From NCBI GenBank assembly GCA_023252055.1, contig JAHEXP010000005.1:1-50987 (forward strand): DNA of 50,987 nucleotides. The letters are read 5' to 3'. Below are positions 1 to 11,312 of the stretch, piece after piece. The stretch is from Coriobacteriia bacterium (GTDB lineage: Bacteria > Actinomycetota > Coriobacteriia > Anaerosomatales > PALSA-660). Positions within the stretch are counted from its first letter, which is position 1; every line of letters starts with the position of its first letter. Below the pieces are notes generated by a model. That model did not search any database and was not told the DNA's origin. It was given only the letters and a program-made list of their open reading frames with translations. The translations under genes were made by a program, and so were the position numbers.

Positions 1-985
1 GCCTCGACGTTGCCCGCTGCGTCCGTGGACCAGAACTCAAGCGTGTAGGAGCCGACCGTGTTGAGGCTGATGGTCGCGCCCTCGACCTGAGCGGCGCCGT
101 TGAGGATGTAGTACGTGTGGGCGACGCCGACGTTGTCAGTGGCGCTCAGCTTGATCACTGCGGAGCTGACGTAGCTGGCCTTGGCATCGGACGTGGTGAC
201 CGGGGCCTGGGCATCGGGGGCAGGCACGGGGGCGGTCACGGCGAACGTCGCGGTCTTCACGGCCTCGATGTTGCCTGCGGCGTCAGTGGACCAGAAGGTC
301 ACGGTGTGGCTGCCGATGGCGGTCACGGTCAGCGAGGTGCCCTCGACCTGAGTGCCACCGTCGAGACGGTAGTACGTGTGGGCGACGCCGACGTTGTCAG
401 TGGCGCTCAGCTTGATCACTGCGGAGCTGACGTAGCTGGCCTTGGCATCGGACGTGGTGACCGGGGCCTGGGTATCGGGGGCAGGCACGGGGGCGGTCAC
501 GGCGAACGTCGCGGTCTTGTGGGCCTCGACGTTGCCGGCCGCGTCGGTGGACCAGAACTCGAGCGTGTAGGAACCGACGGTGTTGAGGCTGATCGTGGTG
601 CCCTCGACCTGAGCGGCGCCATTGAGGATGTAGTAGGTGTGGGCGACGCCGACAGCGTCGGTGGCGCTCAGCTTGATGACGGCGGAACTGACGTAGCTCG
701 CCTTGGCATCGCTGGTGGTGACCGGAGCGGTCGTGTCCGGGATGGTGATGGTGAACGTCGCGGACTTCTTGACCTCGACGTTACCTGCGGCGTCGACCGA
801 CCAGAACTGGATCGTGTGCGAACCGGCGGTCGCGACGTTGATCGTCGTGCCGGAGGTCTGCGCGCCACCGTCGAGGGTGAAGTAGGTGGCGGTCACGCCG
901 ACAGCGTCGGTGGCCGACAGCTTGATGACGGCGGAACTGACGTAGCTCGCCTTGGCATCGCTGGTGGTGACCGGAGCTGTCGTGT
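1..985 (-). repeat. Tandem in-frame coding repeats of about 261 nt (87 aa) inside the surface protein gene.
   Basis: The unit motif gtgggcgacgccgac recurs at 117, 378 and 639. By eye, 117-257 and 378-518 are identical except for one position. 1-116 resembles 523-638. 674-730 is repeated at 923-979. Confidence 0.85.
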
Positions 986-1361
986 CCGCCGGCGGGGCGG
1001 CAACCGGGCTGATGCTCAGCGTACCGATGCCGTCACTCGTGGTAGGGCCGGACACCGCATACAACTTGTACGTCTTGCCTGCGGCGACCGTGATCGACCC
1101 GCTCGCGCCCGTGATCTGGGTGAGCTTCGTGGTTCCGTCGAACACGGCGATGTAGTCGGCGCCGGAGGCACTGACGTTGTACGTGACGTTTGTGCCGCTG
1201 GTGGACGCGATCGTCGCACTGATGGCGATGCTCGCTCCGCTGTGGCAACCGGTGCACGCACTCGTCTTGCTCGGCGTCGCCGACGCGCTCGTGGCGCCGG
1301 CAGCGAACAAACCCACCGCGGCGGCGACGAGTACTCCTGCGAGTACCTTCTTCCTGAACAT
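1..1361 (-). CDS. Secreted cell-surface protein, N-terminal part (the gene runs off the left window edge). It has a signal peptide, a small Cys-x2-Cys-His domain, and at least 4 tandem ~87-aa Ig-like repeats carrying an FWS(T/V)DAAGN(V/I)E motif.
   Basis: Absent from the ORF track because no stop lies in the window. The reverse-strand reading from ATG at 1361 (GGAGGTG 5-7 nt upstream) gives MFRKKVLAGVLVAAAVGLFAAGATSASA/TPSKTSACTGCHSG... The frame stays open to base 1 (...EFWSTDAAGNVEA). The + ORF 117..1568 is its antisense shadow. Confidence 0.8.
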   Translation of the reverse strand, partial: MFRKKVLAGVLVAAAVGLFAAGATSASATPSKTSACTGCHSGASIAISATIASTSGTNVTYNVSASGADYIAVFDGTTKLTQITGASGSITVAAGKTYKLYAVSGPTTSDGIGTLSISPVAAPPADTTAPVTTSDAKASYVSSAVIKLSATDAVGVTATYFTLDGGAQTSGTTINVATAGSHTIQFWSVDAAGNVEVKKSATFTITIPDTTAPVTTSDAKASYVSSAVIKLSATDAVGVAHTYYILNGAAQVEGTTISLNTVGSYTLEFWSTDAAGNVEAHKTATFAVTAPVPAPDTQAPVTTSDAKASYVSSAVIKLSATDNVGVAHTYYRLDGGTQVEGTSLTVTAIGSHTVTFWSTDAAGNIEAVKTATFAVTAPVPAPDAQAPVTTSDAKASYVSSAVIKLSATDNVGVAHTYYILNGAAQVEGATISLNTVGSYTLEFWSTDAAGNVE

Positions 1362-1583
1362 GCAGACACCTCCAGGTATCTTCGGTTCCGGCGGTCTCGT
1401 GCCGCCGCGTTCTTTGAAATCCGCATGGGGATGAGCAGCGTATGTGCCATCGGCCGCAACCTAAGACGTCCCTCATCGCCCAACGGCAGGGCTCCGACGA
1501 ACGGCATTCCGGCCCGCCAACGCAGGCATGGCCCCGACCGGGATGGTCGAGGCCATGCGAAGCGGTGAGTCGACACGGCGTGG

Positions 1584-2591
1584 CTAGCCGGCGGGAATCG
1601 CTCTCGAGCGTTTCGGCCACTGCCCCATGAACACGGCCCTCGTCACCCGCCAACGCTCGAGCACGGCGGACGCCAGGCCGGAGGCCGTGGCCACGAGTGC
1701 CCAGCTTGCCAGAGCGCCGGTCCACCCGGCGCCGACGACCAGGAACGGCAGCACGACCATCTGAGCCCCGTACACGCCGAGCGTGCGTCGGCCGAGCCAA
1801 GCCTGCGCGGAGATGACGGCGTCGGGAAGCATCCGGTACACGCCCGCGACCGCCGCAGTCAGCACAAGCGCAGCCACATAGCGCCCGGCCAACTCCGCGC
1901 TACCAAGCAGCGCGCACGCTGCGAGTGCGGTCGCCGACGCGACGCCGATGTAGACCAGCCGGCGCGTGTCGCGTCGATTGCGCGCCAGCACGTAACCCAG
2001 GATGAAGAACGGATAGAGCCAAGCGACCTTGTCGGTTCCCATGAACGTGATCCGCGGCAGTAGCCCGATGGCGCCCACGGCGAGAGCGACCGCCCCGGTC
2101 CATGCGTCCGATCGGCTGACGAGGCGGGCCAGTGTGAAGACGACGAACATCCAGAACAGCACCGCCAGGAACCACATCTGCATCCCGGCGTGCGGGTCGA
2201 GGAGAGCCTCCAGCACCCGGGCCGGGATCCCCGCGAAGGGCACGCGCCGCAGCGGCGCCTCCACTGCGATCCACGCCACGTACGGCACGTACAGGGTGAG
2301 TACCTTGCGCCACAGGAACCGCCCCGGATGTGAGCCTTCACGCCCCGCAAGGACCCACCCGCTCAGCAGCGCGAACATCGGCATGTTGAATGCGACGATG
2401 ACCGTCTCGAGCCACGGAGCGACATGCTGGAACTCCCGTCGCAGCCCGAGGATGTGCGTCGCGATGACGAGAAGGATCGCCAGGCACTTGAGCGCGTCGA
2501 CCGTCATCTCCCTGCCGGCGGCGGGGCACGAGGGCGCGGAAGCCTGAGGTGAGGAAGGCCCTGTCGTCTCGGAGGCGGCTGGTCCTGGCAT
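1584..2591 (-). CDS. Acyltransferase family 3 (OafA/YrhL-like) integral membrane protein. The start is uncertain; an internal ATG at 2507 is also possible.
   Basis: 335-aa ORF. It is multi-TM with an N-terminal KCLAILLVIATHILG and a FNMPMFALLSGW pattern typical of acyltransferase_3. Confidence 0.7.
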   Translation of the reverse strand: MPGPAASETTGPSSPQASAPSCPAAGREMTVDALKCLAILLVIATHILGLRREFQHVAPWLETVIVAFNMPMFALLSGWVLAGREGSHPGRFLWRKVLTLYVPYVAWIAVEAPLRRVPFAGIPARVLEALLDPHAGMQMWFLAVLFWMFVVFTLARLVSRSDAWTGAVALAVGAIGLLPRITFMGTDKVAWLYPFFILGYVLARNRRDTRRLVYIGVASATALAACALLGSAELAGRYVAALVLTAAVAGVYRMLPDAVISAQAWLGRRTLGVYGAQMVVLPFLVVGAGWTGALASWALVATASGLASAVLERWRVTRAVFMGQWPKRSRAIPAG

Positions 2592-2757
2592 CGGCCTTCT
2601 TCACGTCGGATCGGTCACATCGGGGCGGCAGCCGGACGGCGCCGCGTGCACATCATCGCCGCCTCCGCGTCCGACCTCAAGTGCCGGCGGCCCCGCGGGC
2701 CGGGGTAGACTGCGGAAAGGCCGCCGGAGGCCCGGCTGTGGACCGCGAGGAGCATGG

Positions 2758-3819
2758 ATGGCGAGCGCGCTGGACCCGAAGGCGACGAGAACACTGGACC
2801 CGAAGCGCTTGCGCGCGGGCCTTCTTCTCGCCGTCGGCATCGGCGTCACCGCGGGACTCGCCGTCGCCCTGATCACCGGCGGGCCGGCGGTCCTGGAAGG
2901 CATCCGACGCCTGCCCCTCGTCTGGCTTCTCGTCGCGCTCGCACTGTCCGTGGCGTCGTGGTTCGGCCAGGGCGTCGGATTCGCGGCGCTCACCGACGGC
3001 GGCGTCCGGGGCAACCTCCTGCGGATGACGAGCGCGTTCCTTGGTGGCGACTTCCCCGCCCTCGTGAGTCCCTTCGGGTCCGGCGGCATCCCGGGCGGCA
3101 TCTTCTGCCTTACGAAGGAAGGACTCACCACCGGGGAAGCGAGCGCCATCATCACCATCCACAGCCTGCTCACAGGTGGCTTCTTCGTGATCGTCGGCGC
3201 AGCCGCCGCGGTGCTGTTGCCGCTCCACAGCGCCGGATCGGCGGCTTTGGTGTGGACCGGGTTCGCCGCGATCCTGGTCGGCGCAGGCGCGGTGGTGTGG
3301 ATCGCGCTGCGCCCGGCGCGCGCCATTGCGTCGATACGGGGCATCGTCGCGAGCCCGGCGTTCGCGCGCCTTCTGGGACCCGAGCGGGCCGAGAAGGCGG
3401 CTGCAGCCGCGGAACGCGAGACCGAGCAGTTCGCGGCGAGCATGCGTGTACTGATGCGCGAACGTCCCGGAGCCCTGACGCTCTCGTTCGTCGGCTTGTT
3501 CGTTTCCCGGATATGCCTGGTGGCCGCGCTTCCGGTGATCATGTACGGACTGGGCTGGCGCGGGGACGTATGGCCGCTGATGGCCACGGCGGTGGGCGCG
3601 ATGGCGCTCGCGGTCGCCTCCCCCACCCCCGGGGGCAGCGGCGCGGTCGAGGCCGCTCTCACCGCACTGCTGGCCACCCAGACGGCGGCGCCTACCGCGG
3701 CGGCAGCGGCCCTGCTTTGGCGGGGGATCACCTACTACACGGAACTCGTCGCCGGCTGGCTGGCGCTGTCGCGCTACCTTGCGATGAAGCGGCCGCGAAC
3801 TCCGGCCGACCGTAGCTGA
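2758..3819 (+). CDS. Flippase-like membrane protein (lysyl-phosphatidylglycerol synthase TM-region / UPF0104 family).
   Basis: 353-aa polytopic ORF with the N-terminal basic segment then LPLVWLLVALALSVASW pattern of this family. It is convergent with a GT4 gene. Confidence 0.6.
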   Translation: MASALDPKATRTLDPKRLRAGLLLAVGIGVTAGLAVALITGGPAVLEGIRRLPLVWLLVALALSVASWFGQGVGFAALTDGGVRGNLLRMTSAFLGGDFPALVSPFGSGGIPGGIFCLTKEGLTTGEASAIITIHSLLTGGFFVIVGAAAAVLLPLHSAGSAALVWTGFAAILVGAGAVVWIALRPARAIASIRGIVASPAFARLLGPERAEKAAAAAERETEQFAASMRVLMRERPGALTLSFVGLFVSRICLVAALPVIMYGLGWRGDVWPLMATAVGAMALAVASPTPGGSGAVEAALTALLATQTAAPTAAAAALLWRGITYYTELVAGWLALSRYLAMKRPRTPADRS

Positions 3820-3844
3820 CCGGGGGCGACCGGCTCCACGCGCG

Positions 3845-5023
3845 TTACCGCCGGTGGGAGCGCTCGCTGAACGCCCACTGCAGGACGGGCCGCACACGCC
3901 GTGCCGAGCGCGCCCGATCGGACTCCGCGCGAGCGAGCACCGATGCGTAGGCGTCGAGCAGCAAGGCTCCGTGCCTCTCGGTGTCGAAGCGCGCAGCCAT
4001 GTCACAGGCGCGCTTGGCGTAGAAGGCCCGGAGGCTGGCGTCGTCGCGCAGTGCGGCGATCTTCGCCGTGAAGTCGCCGTCGTCCGCGGCGAGGTACGCA
4101 TCGCCGAAGAGCGGCCGGTAGGTAGGCAGGTCGCGTAGGAGCAGTGGCAACCCCGCGGAGGCGGCTTCCACGATCGCGAGCCCGAACGTCTCTTGGACCG
4201 ACGGGAAGAACAGGCAGTCCGCCGCGGCGAAGTAGCGCGGCATCTCCTCGTAGGGCATATCGCCGGCGAAGATGCAGTTCGACGGGGCCTCGGCCACCGT
4301 CCGCACCATGTCGCCGTAGTGCGCGGTCAGCCGCTTGAACGGCATGCCTCCGACCCAGACGAAGGTCACATCCGGCATCGAGCGCGCGGCGTCGACGAAG
4401 TCGTGGATCCCCTTGCGCGGCTGGATCTGCCCCGCGCAGATCGCCACGAACGCTTTGTCAGCGATCCCGAGACGCGAGCGGACCTCCTCGCGCCATCCGG
4501 GCTGAGGCCGGAACCTCGCCACATCGATGGCGTTCGGGACCAGGCGGACGGGTGCATCGAGCTGCATGCGCTCGAGCCCCTCCACGACCTCAGGCGACAC
4601 GGCGAGCACTTCGTCCGCGAGCGAGTAGAACGCGCGCATGTATGCCGCACCGATGGGAAGCCACAGCGGCGCCAACATGAAACTGCCGACGAGCGACTCC
4701 GGGACGACGTGTGCGGTCACCACGGCGCGCTCGCGCGTGCGCAACAGCAGGCGGAGCGAGCGCAGTCCCATCGTCTCGATGTGGACGATGTCGCAGCCGG
4801 CGCCCGCGTTCACGCGGACGTCGACGCCCGCGCGCTCCAGGGCGGTACGGGTCTGGAGGAACGCGGTGTGCACGCCATGGCCTTTGGAGCCGCCGACGGT
4901 CTCCGAAACCAGGTTCACGACCAAGGGTCGGGAACCGTCAGCGCGAGGGTCGTTCGTCAGCATCGGTCTCCGTGCCGCACTCGAGCGACCTGGGTCGCGG
5001 GCCGTGAATTCATCGGACACCAT
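3845..5023 (-). CDS. Glycosyltransferase family 4 (GT-B fold). The start may be the internal ATG at 4963, which has GGAG 4 nt upstream.
   Basis: 392-aa ORF. The N-terminal region VVNLVSETVGGSKGHGVHTAF and the C-terminal FFPSVQETFGLAIVEAASAGLP (E-x7-E region) are typical of GT4. Confidence 0.8.
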   Translation of the reverse strand: MVSDEFTARDPGRSSAARRPMLTNDPRADGSRPLVVNLVSETVGGSKGHGVHTAFLQTRTALERAGVDVRVNAGAGCDIVHIETMGLRSLRLLLRTRERAVVTAHVVPESLVGSFMLAPLWLPIGAAYMRAFYSLADEVLAVSPEVVEGLERMQLDAPVRLVPNAIDVARFRPQPGWREEVRSRLGIADKAFVAICAGQIQPRKGIHDFVDAARSMPDVTFVWVGGMPFKRLTAHYGDMVRTVAEAPSNCIFAGDMPYEEMPRYFAAADCLFFPSVQETFGLAIVEAASAGLPLLLRDLPTYRPLFGDAYLAADDGDFTAKIAALRDDASLRAFYAKRACDMAARFDTERHGALLLDAYASVLARAESDRARSARRVRPVLQWAFSERSHRR

Positions 5024-5114
5024 ACCCCGTATGCGGCGGATGATGACCTGGAGATGTGATGTAGTTGCCGTTGCGTCGCCTGATCGCAGCCGGCGGTCGG
5101 CGCGGTCGCCGAGG

Positions 5115-6280
5115 TCAGCCGCGCGCGCCGCCCTTCCAGACTTCGTGGATCAGACGCGCTCCCGGGCGGTATCCCAGATGCACATGTGAGGGTGCCTCCA
5201 GAACCACAAAGTCCGCACGCATGCCCCGCGAAAGTCGGCCGATGTCGGTGCGCCGCAACGCCGCGGCACCTCCAACGGTCGCCGCATGCAGGGCCTCGGC
5301 CGGCGTCATATGCATCTCGCGCACGGCGAGCGCGATCATGAGCGGCATCGACGTCACGAACGACGTCCCCGGGTTGCAGTCGGTCGCGAGCGCGACGGTC
5401 ACCCCTGCGTCGAGCAGCCTCCGCGCGTCGGGGTAGGGCGAGCGGGTCCCGAAGTCGGCGCCGGGAAGCAACGTCGCCACGGTGTCCGACCCTGCGAGTG
5501 CCGCCACGTCGGTATCCGTGAGATAGGTGCAATGGTCGACGCTCGCGGCGTCGAGCTCCACCGCGAGCTGCGCGCCCGGCCCGAATCCCAGCTGGTTGCC
5601 ATGCAGGCGCGGTACGAGACCGGCTCCCATCCCGGCCCGTAGGACAGCGCGCGCCTCCTCCGCGTCGAAAGCGCCCTCGTCGCAGAAGACGTCCACCCAC
5701 TTGGCGAGCGGAGCGCACGCGTCCAGCATCGCGCCGCGCACCAGATCGAGGTACCCCGCACGGTCGCCTGCGAATTCCGAGGGCACAGCGTGCGCCCCGA
5801 GGAAGGTCGTCTCATCGGTGAACTCGCGAGAGATGCGGAGGATCCGCGCTTCGTCCACCGCGCTCAGCCCGTAGCCGCTCTTCGCCTCGAACGTCGTGGT
5901 CCCCCAGGAGCGCATCTCTCCCGCCCGCGAGCCGGCGATCCGCCGCAGCTCCTCATCCGAGGCGGCACGTGTGGCCGCAACTGTTGTGGCGATCCCGCCA
6001 CCGGTGTAGCGCTCCCCCGCCATCCGGGCCGCGAACTCGGCGGCCCGGTCTCCCGCGAAGACGAGGTGCGTGTGGCTGTCGACGAACCCCGGCAGGACCG
6101 CACGGCCGGCGACGTCCACCCGGTCATCGGCCGCTGGCGCGGTAGCCGCCGCCCCGGCCCACGCCACCCGCCCGTTCTCGATGACGAGCACCGCCTCCCG
6201 AAGGATGCCGAGCGGCGAGCCGTCCCCGGCCTCCGGATCGCAGGTGACGAGCTCGCCGATGCCGGTCAGCAGCGTGGAGG

Positions 6281-6284
<4 letters not shown>
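5115..6284 (-). CDS. hutI: Imidazolonepropionase.
   Basis: 389-aa ORF with [14 protein letters not shown] and amidohydrolase metal motifs. Its start overlaps the hutU stop by 4 nt. Confidence 0.92.
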
Positions 6285-7966
<1,682 letters not shown>

Positions 7967-7999
7967 TATCGAAACGCCTCCTTCATGGGAGCGGTGGTC

Positions 8000-9541
8000 C
8001 TAGGCGAGTTCGCCGATGGCAGCGGCCGCGGCGGCCGCGATCTCGCCATCGACGACGAGCCGGTGGACGGCTTCGATCTCCGGCGAAAGGAAGCGATCGG
8101 GGCCGGGGCCCGCGACGTGAAGCCGCAGCAGGTCGCGGACGGCGCCGGTGGCGGCCGAGGGCTCCAGCGGCGTGCGCAGGTCGATCGCACGCGCGGCGGT
8201 CAGGATCTCGATCGCCAGCACGCGCGAGAGACCGTCGACCGACTTCCGGAGCTTGCGGGCCGCGCTCCAGCCCATCGAGACGTGGTCCTCCTGCATCGCC
8301 GACGACGGGATCGAGTCCACGCTGGCGGGTACGGCGAGGCGCTTCATGTCGCTCACGATCGAGGCCTGCGTGTACTGCGCGATCATGTGGCCGGAGTCGA
8401 CACCCGGGTCGCCCGCAAGGAACGCGGGCAGCCCATGAGAGCGAGCGGGATCCAGCATGCGATCGGTCCGGCGCTCGCTGATCGAAGCGAGGTCCGCGGC
8501 GACGATCGCGAGGAAATCGAGGACGTAGGCGACCGGCGCCCCGTGGAAGTTGCCGTTGGATTCCACGCGACCGTCGGCGAGCACGACGGGGTTGTCGACA
8601 GCCGATACGAGCTCCCGGCCCGCGACCGTTGCGGCGTGATCGATCGTGTCGCGGACTGCGCCCGCCACCTGCGGGGCACAGCGCAGCGAGTACGCGTCCT
8701 GCACCTTCACATCGTCGTGCCCCGCGTGGGACGCGACGATGCCGGAACCGGCGAGCAGGCGCGTGATGTTGGATGCGGAGGCCGCCTGTCCCGGATGCGG
8801 GCGCAGCGCCTGCAGGTCGGCGGCGAAGACCCGGTCGGTGCCGAGCAACGCCTCCACGCTCATCGCCGTTCCGATATCGGCCACGGTCACCAGCGCACGC
8901 AGGTCCTCGATCGCCAGCGACAGCATGCCGAGCATCCCGTCGGTGCCGTTGATGAGGGCGAGCCCCTCCTTCTCCTCGAGTTCGACCGGCGCGAGGCCCG
9001 CCGCGGCCAGCGCCTCGCCTGCAGGGCGGCGCACACCGTCGGGCGTGCGCACCTCGCCTTCGCCCATCAGTGCGAGCGCGCAGTGCGACAGCGGCGCAAG
9101 GTCTCCGGAGCACCCCAGCGAGCCCGATTCGGGCACACACGGCGTGATGCCGGCGTTCAGCATGGCGGCGTAGGCGAGCGCCGTGGAGAGACGGACGCCG
9201 GTGCGCCCGCTGCACAGTGTGTTGAGCCGGAGCAGCATGAGGGCGCGAACGACCTCCCGCTCCACCTCTGGGCCGGTGCCCGCAGCGTGCGAGCGGACGA
9301 GAGAGCGCTGGAGCCGGTGGCGCAGCGACGGCTCGATGTAGCGGGTTGCGAGCGAGCCGAAGCCGGTGCTGACGCCGTACACCGGGACACCCGACGTCGC
9401 GAGGCGTTCGATGTGTGCGCGTGCGGCCTCGACCGACGCCGCCGCCCCGTCCGAGATACGCACCTCGGCAGCGTGCCGCGCCACCGCCGCCACATCGTGG
9501 GTGGTCAGCGGCGCGCCGCCGATCGTCACGGGAACCGTCAT
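8000..9541 (-). CDS. hutH: Histidine ammonia-lyase.
   Basis: The ORF 8000..9676 was trimmed to Met46 (MTVPVTIGGAPLT, GGAAGG upstream). It has the MIO region GSLGCSGDLAPLSH and VYGVSTGFG. Confidence 0.9.
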   Translation of the reverse strand: MTVPVTIGGAPLTTHDVAAVARHAAEVRISDGAAASVEAARAHIERLATSGVPVYGVSTGFGSLATRYIEPSLRHRLQRSLVRSHAAGTGPEVEREVVRALMLLRLNTLCSGRTGVRLSTALAYAAMLNAGITPCVPESGSLGCSGDLAPLSHCALALMGEGEVRTPDGVRRPAGEALAAAGLAPVELEEKEGLALINGTDGMLGMLSLAIEDLRALVTVADIGTAMSVEALLGTDRVFAADLQALRPHPGQAASASNITRLLAGSGIVASHAGHDDVKVQDAYSLRCAPQVAGAVRDTIDHAATVAGRELVSAVDNPVVLADGRVESNGNFHGAPVAYVLDFLAIVAADLASISERRTDRMLDPARSHGLPAFLAGDPGVDSGHMIAQYTQASIVSDMKRLAVPASVDSIPSSAMQEDHVSMGWSAARKLRKSVDGLSRVLAIEILTAARAIDLRTPLEPSAATGAVRDLLRLHVAGPGPDRFLSPEIEAVHRLVVDGEIAAAAAAAIGELA

Positions 9542-9705
9542 GGAGCAACCGCCTTCCGGGCCCGGACGCCTCCTGGGCGCACCGCGGGGCCGATCGGTAC
9601 TAGAGTGTCTACGTAGCGCATACCGGTGGACTCGGTGCGCTACAGGCCAGTGTCGCAAGTTCGGCGCGCCCGTCAAGGCGGCGCGCCCGGCGCGAAGGAC
9701 ATGAG

Positions 9706-10631
9706 ATGGACGCCCCCACGCTTCCCGTCGACGGACTCTGGCCCCGGGCCGGGCAGTGGATCGTGCCCGCTGACCCGACCGGCGCCCCCGCCTGCGACCT
9801 TGCGTTGCTCGGCGTCCCCGCGCATCTGACCTCGATCTCCGCTACCGGTGCGGACGCGACGCCGGGCGCCGTGCGCGACGCACTCATGCGCTACTCCACG
9901 TGGGCGGGTAGCCACGATGTGAGCGTCGCCACCCTGAGCGCCCTGGACTTCGGGGACGTGACGGACCCTGACGGCCCGGAGGGCGAGGCGCGGGTGGCCG
10001 CTTCGGTCGCGCGCACAGCGGAGCGGAACTCCTGATCGCACTCGGCGGTGACAACTCCGTCACTAACTCCGTGATGCGCGGCCGCCTCCCCGATCTCGGC
10101 GCCTGCGGACTCATCACCATCGACGCGCACCACGACCTGCGCGACGGTTGCAGCAACGGCTCCCCGGTGCGCCGCCTGATCGAGGCCGGCCTTCCCGGCG
10201 CAAACGTGGTCCAGATCGGCATCGCCGACTTCTCGAACTCGGCCGCCTACGCCGCCCGAGCGCGCGACCTCGGCATTCACGTTGTGCACCGCTCGGAACT
10301 GCGTCGACGCCACCTGGAGGACGTCGCGATCGCGGCTCTCGAAGTGGCCGGTGCGGATGGACGCCCGATCTTCGTCGACATCGACGTCGACGTCTGCGAC
10401 CGCGCGGAGGTACCGGGCTGTCCGGCATCCGCTCCAGGCGGCATCAGCGCCGACGACCTGCGACACCTCGCCTTCCTGCTGGCGCGCGACCCCCGCGTGA
10501 GTGCCATCGACATCACCGAGGTGGACGCCGCCGCCGACGCTCCGGACGGGCGCACCGTCCGGCTCGCAGCGCTCCTCGTGCTGGAGGCCGCCGCAGGCCT
10601 CGCCATCCGCATGGCGGTCCATCAGGCCTGA
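9706..10631 (+). pseudogene. hutG: Formimidoylglutamase / arginase-fold hydrolase split by a single-nucleotide frameshift near 10020-10032.
   Basis: ORF 9706..10035 encodes the N-terminal part (DLALLGVPAHLTSISATGADATPGAVRDAL). The other frame, open from 9972, reads ...ELLIALGGDNSVTNSVMRG and continues into ORF 10071..10631 (IDAHHDLRD, DIDVDVCD). The total span of 926 nt is not a multiple of 3. Confidence 0.75.
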
Positions 10632-10704
10632 TCGGCCTCGCCGGATCGGTGCGGGGGTTCGGCACCGGCACACGTGCCCTGAGTGCCCCCCCTTGGCATG
10701 CCCT

Positions 10705-10739
10705 TTGCAAACTAATCGTTCGTATGCTAATCTTTCGTA
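10705..10739 (+). promoter_or_regulatory. Sigma70-like promoter with overlapping direct repeats; a putative MarR operator.
   Basis: TTGCAA (10705-10710), a 17-nt spacer, then TAATCT (10728-10733). The direct repeats are CTAATCGTTCGTA (10712-10724) and CTAATCTTTCGTA (10727-10739). This is an AT-rich island about 35 nt upstream of the MarR start. Confidence 0.45.
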
Positions 10740-10772
10740 CCGCAACTACTTCTCGTTCGCGAAGGAAGCCCC

Positions 10773-11312
10773 ATGAGAATGCATCCGCACGGCCCCGGCG
10801 GGCCGGACCATATCTTCGGCGGCCCGGACCACGGCCCTCTCCACGAGCCGCCGAACATCCCGGGCATCGACCCCTCGTCCCAGAGCGTGCTCAGCGCGTT
10901 CCGCATGGCGACGCACCTGAACCGGCAGCTGTTCATGCGGCTTGCGAGCGACAAGGGCGGCCACCCCGGCCGCACCGTCCTGCTCACGATGCTCGCCAAG
11001 CACGACGGCATCTCGCAGCGTGATCTGGCCGAGAAGATGCACCTCGCCCGGCCGACGATCACGATCATGCTCCAGAAGATGGAGCACGAGGGCCTGATCG
11101 AGCGCTGGGACGACCCCGACGACCAGCGCCTGACACGGATCCGTCTCACGGAGGCGGGCCGCGCGCAGAGCAGGGACATGGGCGACGTGTATGCGCGCTA
11201 CGTCAACGCGACGATCGGCGCCATGACCGAACCTGACCGTGCCGAATTCGCCCGCCTGCTCGGGCTGCTCAACGACAACATCGCCGCGACCCTGAAGGAG
11301 CTCGACGCATGA
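10773..11312 (+). CDS. MarR family transcriptional regulator.
   Basis: 179-aa ORF with GAAGGAAG upstream. The winged-HTH region is GISQRDLAEKMHLARPTITIMLQKMEHEGLIERWDDPDDQRLTRIRLTEAG. It overlaps the next gene by 4 nt. Confidence 0.85.
   Translation: MRMHPHGPGGPDHIFGGPDHGPLHEPPNIPGIDPSSQSVLSAFRMATHLNRQLFMRLASDKGGHPGRTVLLTMLAKHDGISQRDLAEKMHLARPTITIMLQKMEHEGLIERWDDPDDQRLTRIRLTEAGRAQSRDMGDVYARYVNATIGAMTEPDRAEFARLLGLLNDNIAATLKELDA

Noticed and set aside
1-985. The regular ~261-nt periodicity as a possible CRISPR-like or satellite array.
   Set aside because: The units are contiguous, in-frame protein-domain repeats without unique spacers, so this is not a CRISPR architecture.
117-1568. A 483-aa + strand ORF rich in Gly, Asp and Arg, with internal repeats.
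   Set aside because: It is the antisense shadow of the minus-strand surface protein gene. The minus frame has a signal peptide, an SD and recognisable Ig-like repeats, whereas the + translation is low-complexity.
8800-9150. Cys-Ser-Gly instead of Ala-Ser-Gly at the MIO-forming triad of histidine ammonia-lyase (GSLGCSGDLAPL).
   Set aside because: As I recall it, the PROSITE signature for PAL/histidase allows S, A or C at this position, so this is within known natural variation.
9597-9690. The palindrome CTACGTAG (9609-9616) and the GGCGCGCC...GGCGCGCC pair (9663-9687) in the hutH/hutG divergent region, as a HutC-type operator.
   Set aside because: There is only a loose resemblance to GntR/HutC half-sites, and no regulator gene is in the window. 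I cannot support a specific call without comparative data.
10015-10040. Programmed -1 ribosomal frameshifting at the hutG junction.
   Set aside because: No X-XXY-YYZ slippery heptamer or obvious downstream pseudoknot is present. A simple indel or sequencing error is more parsimonious.
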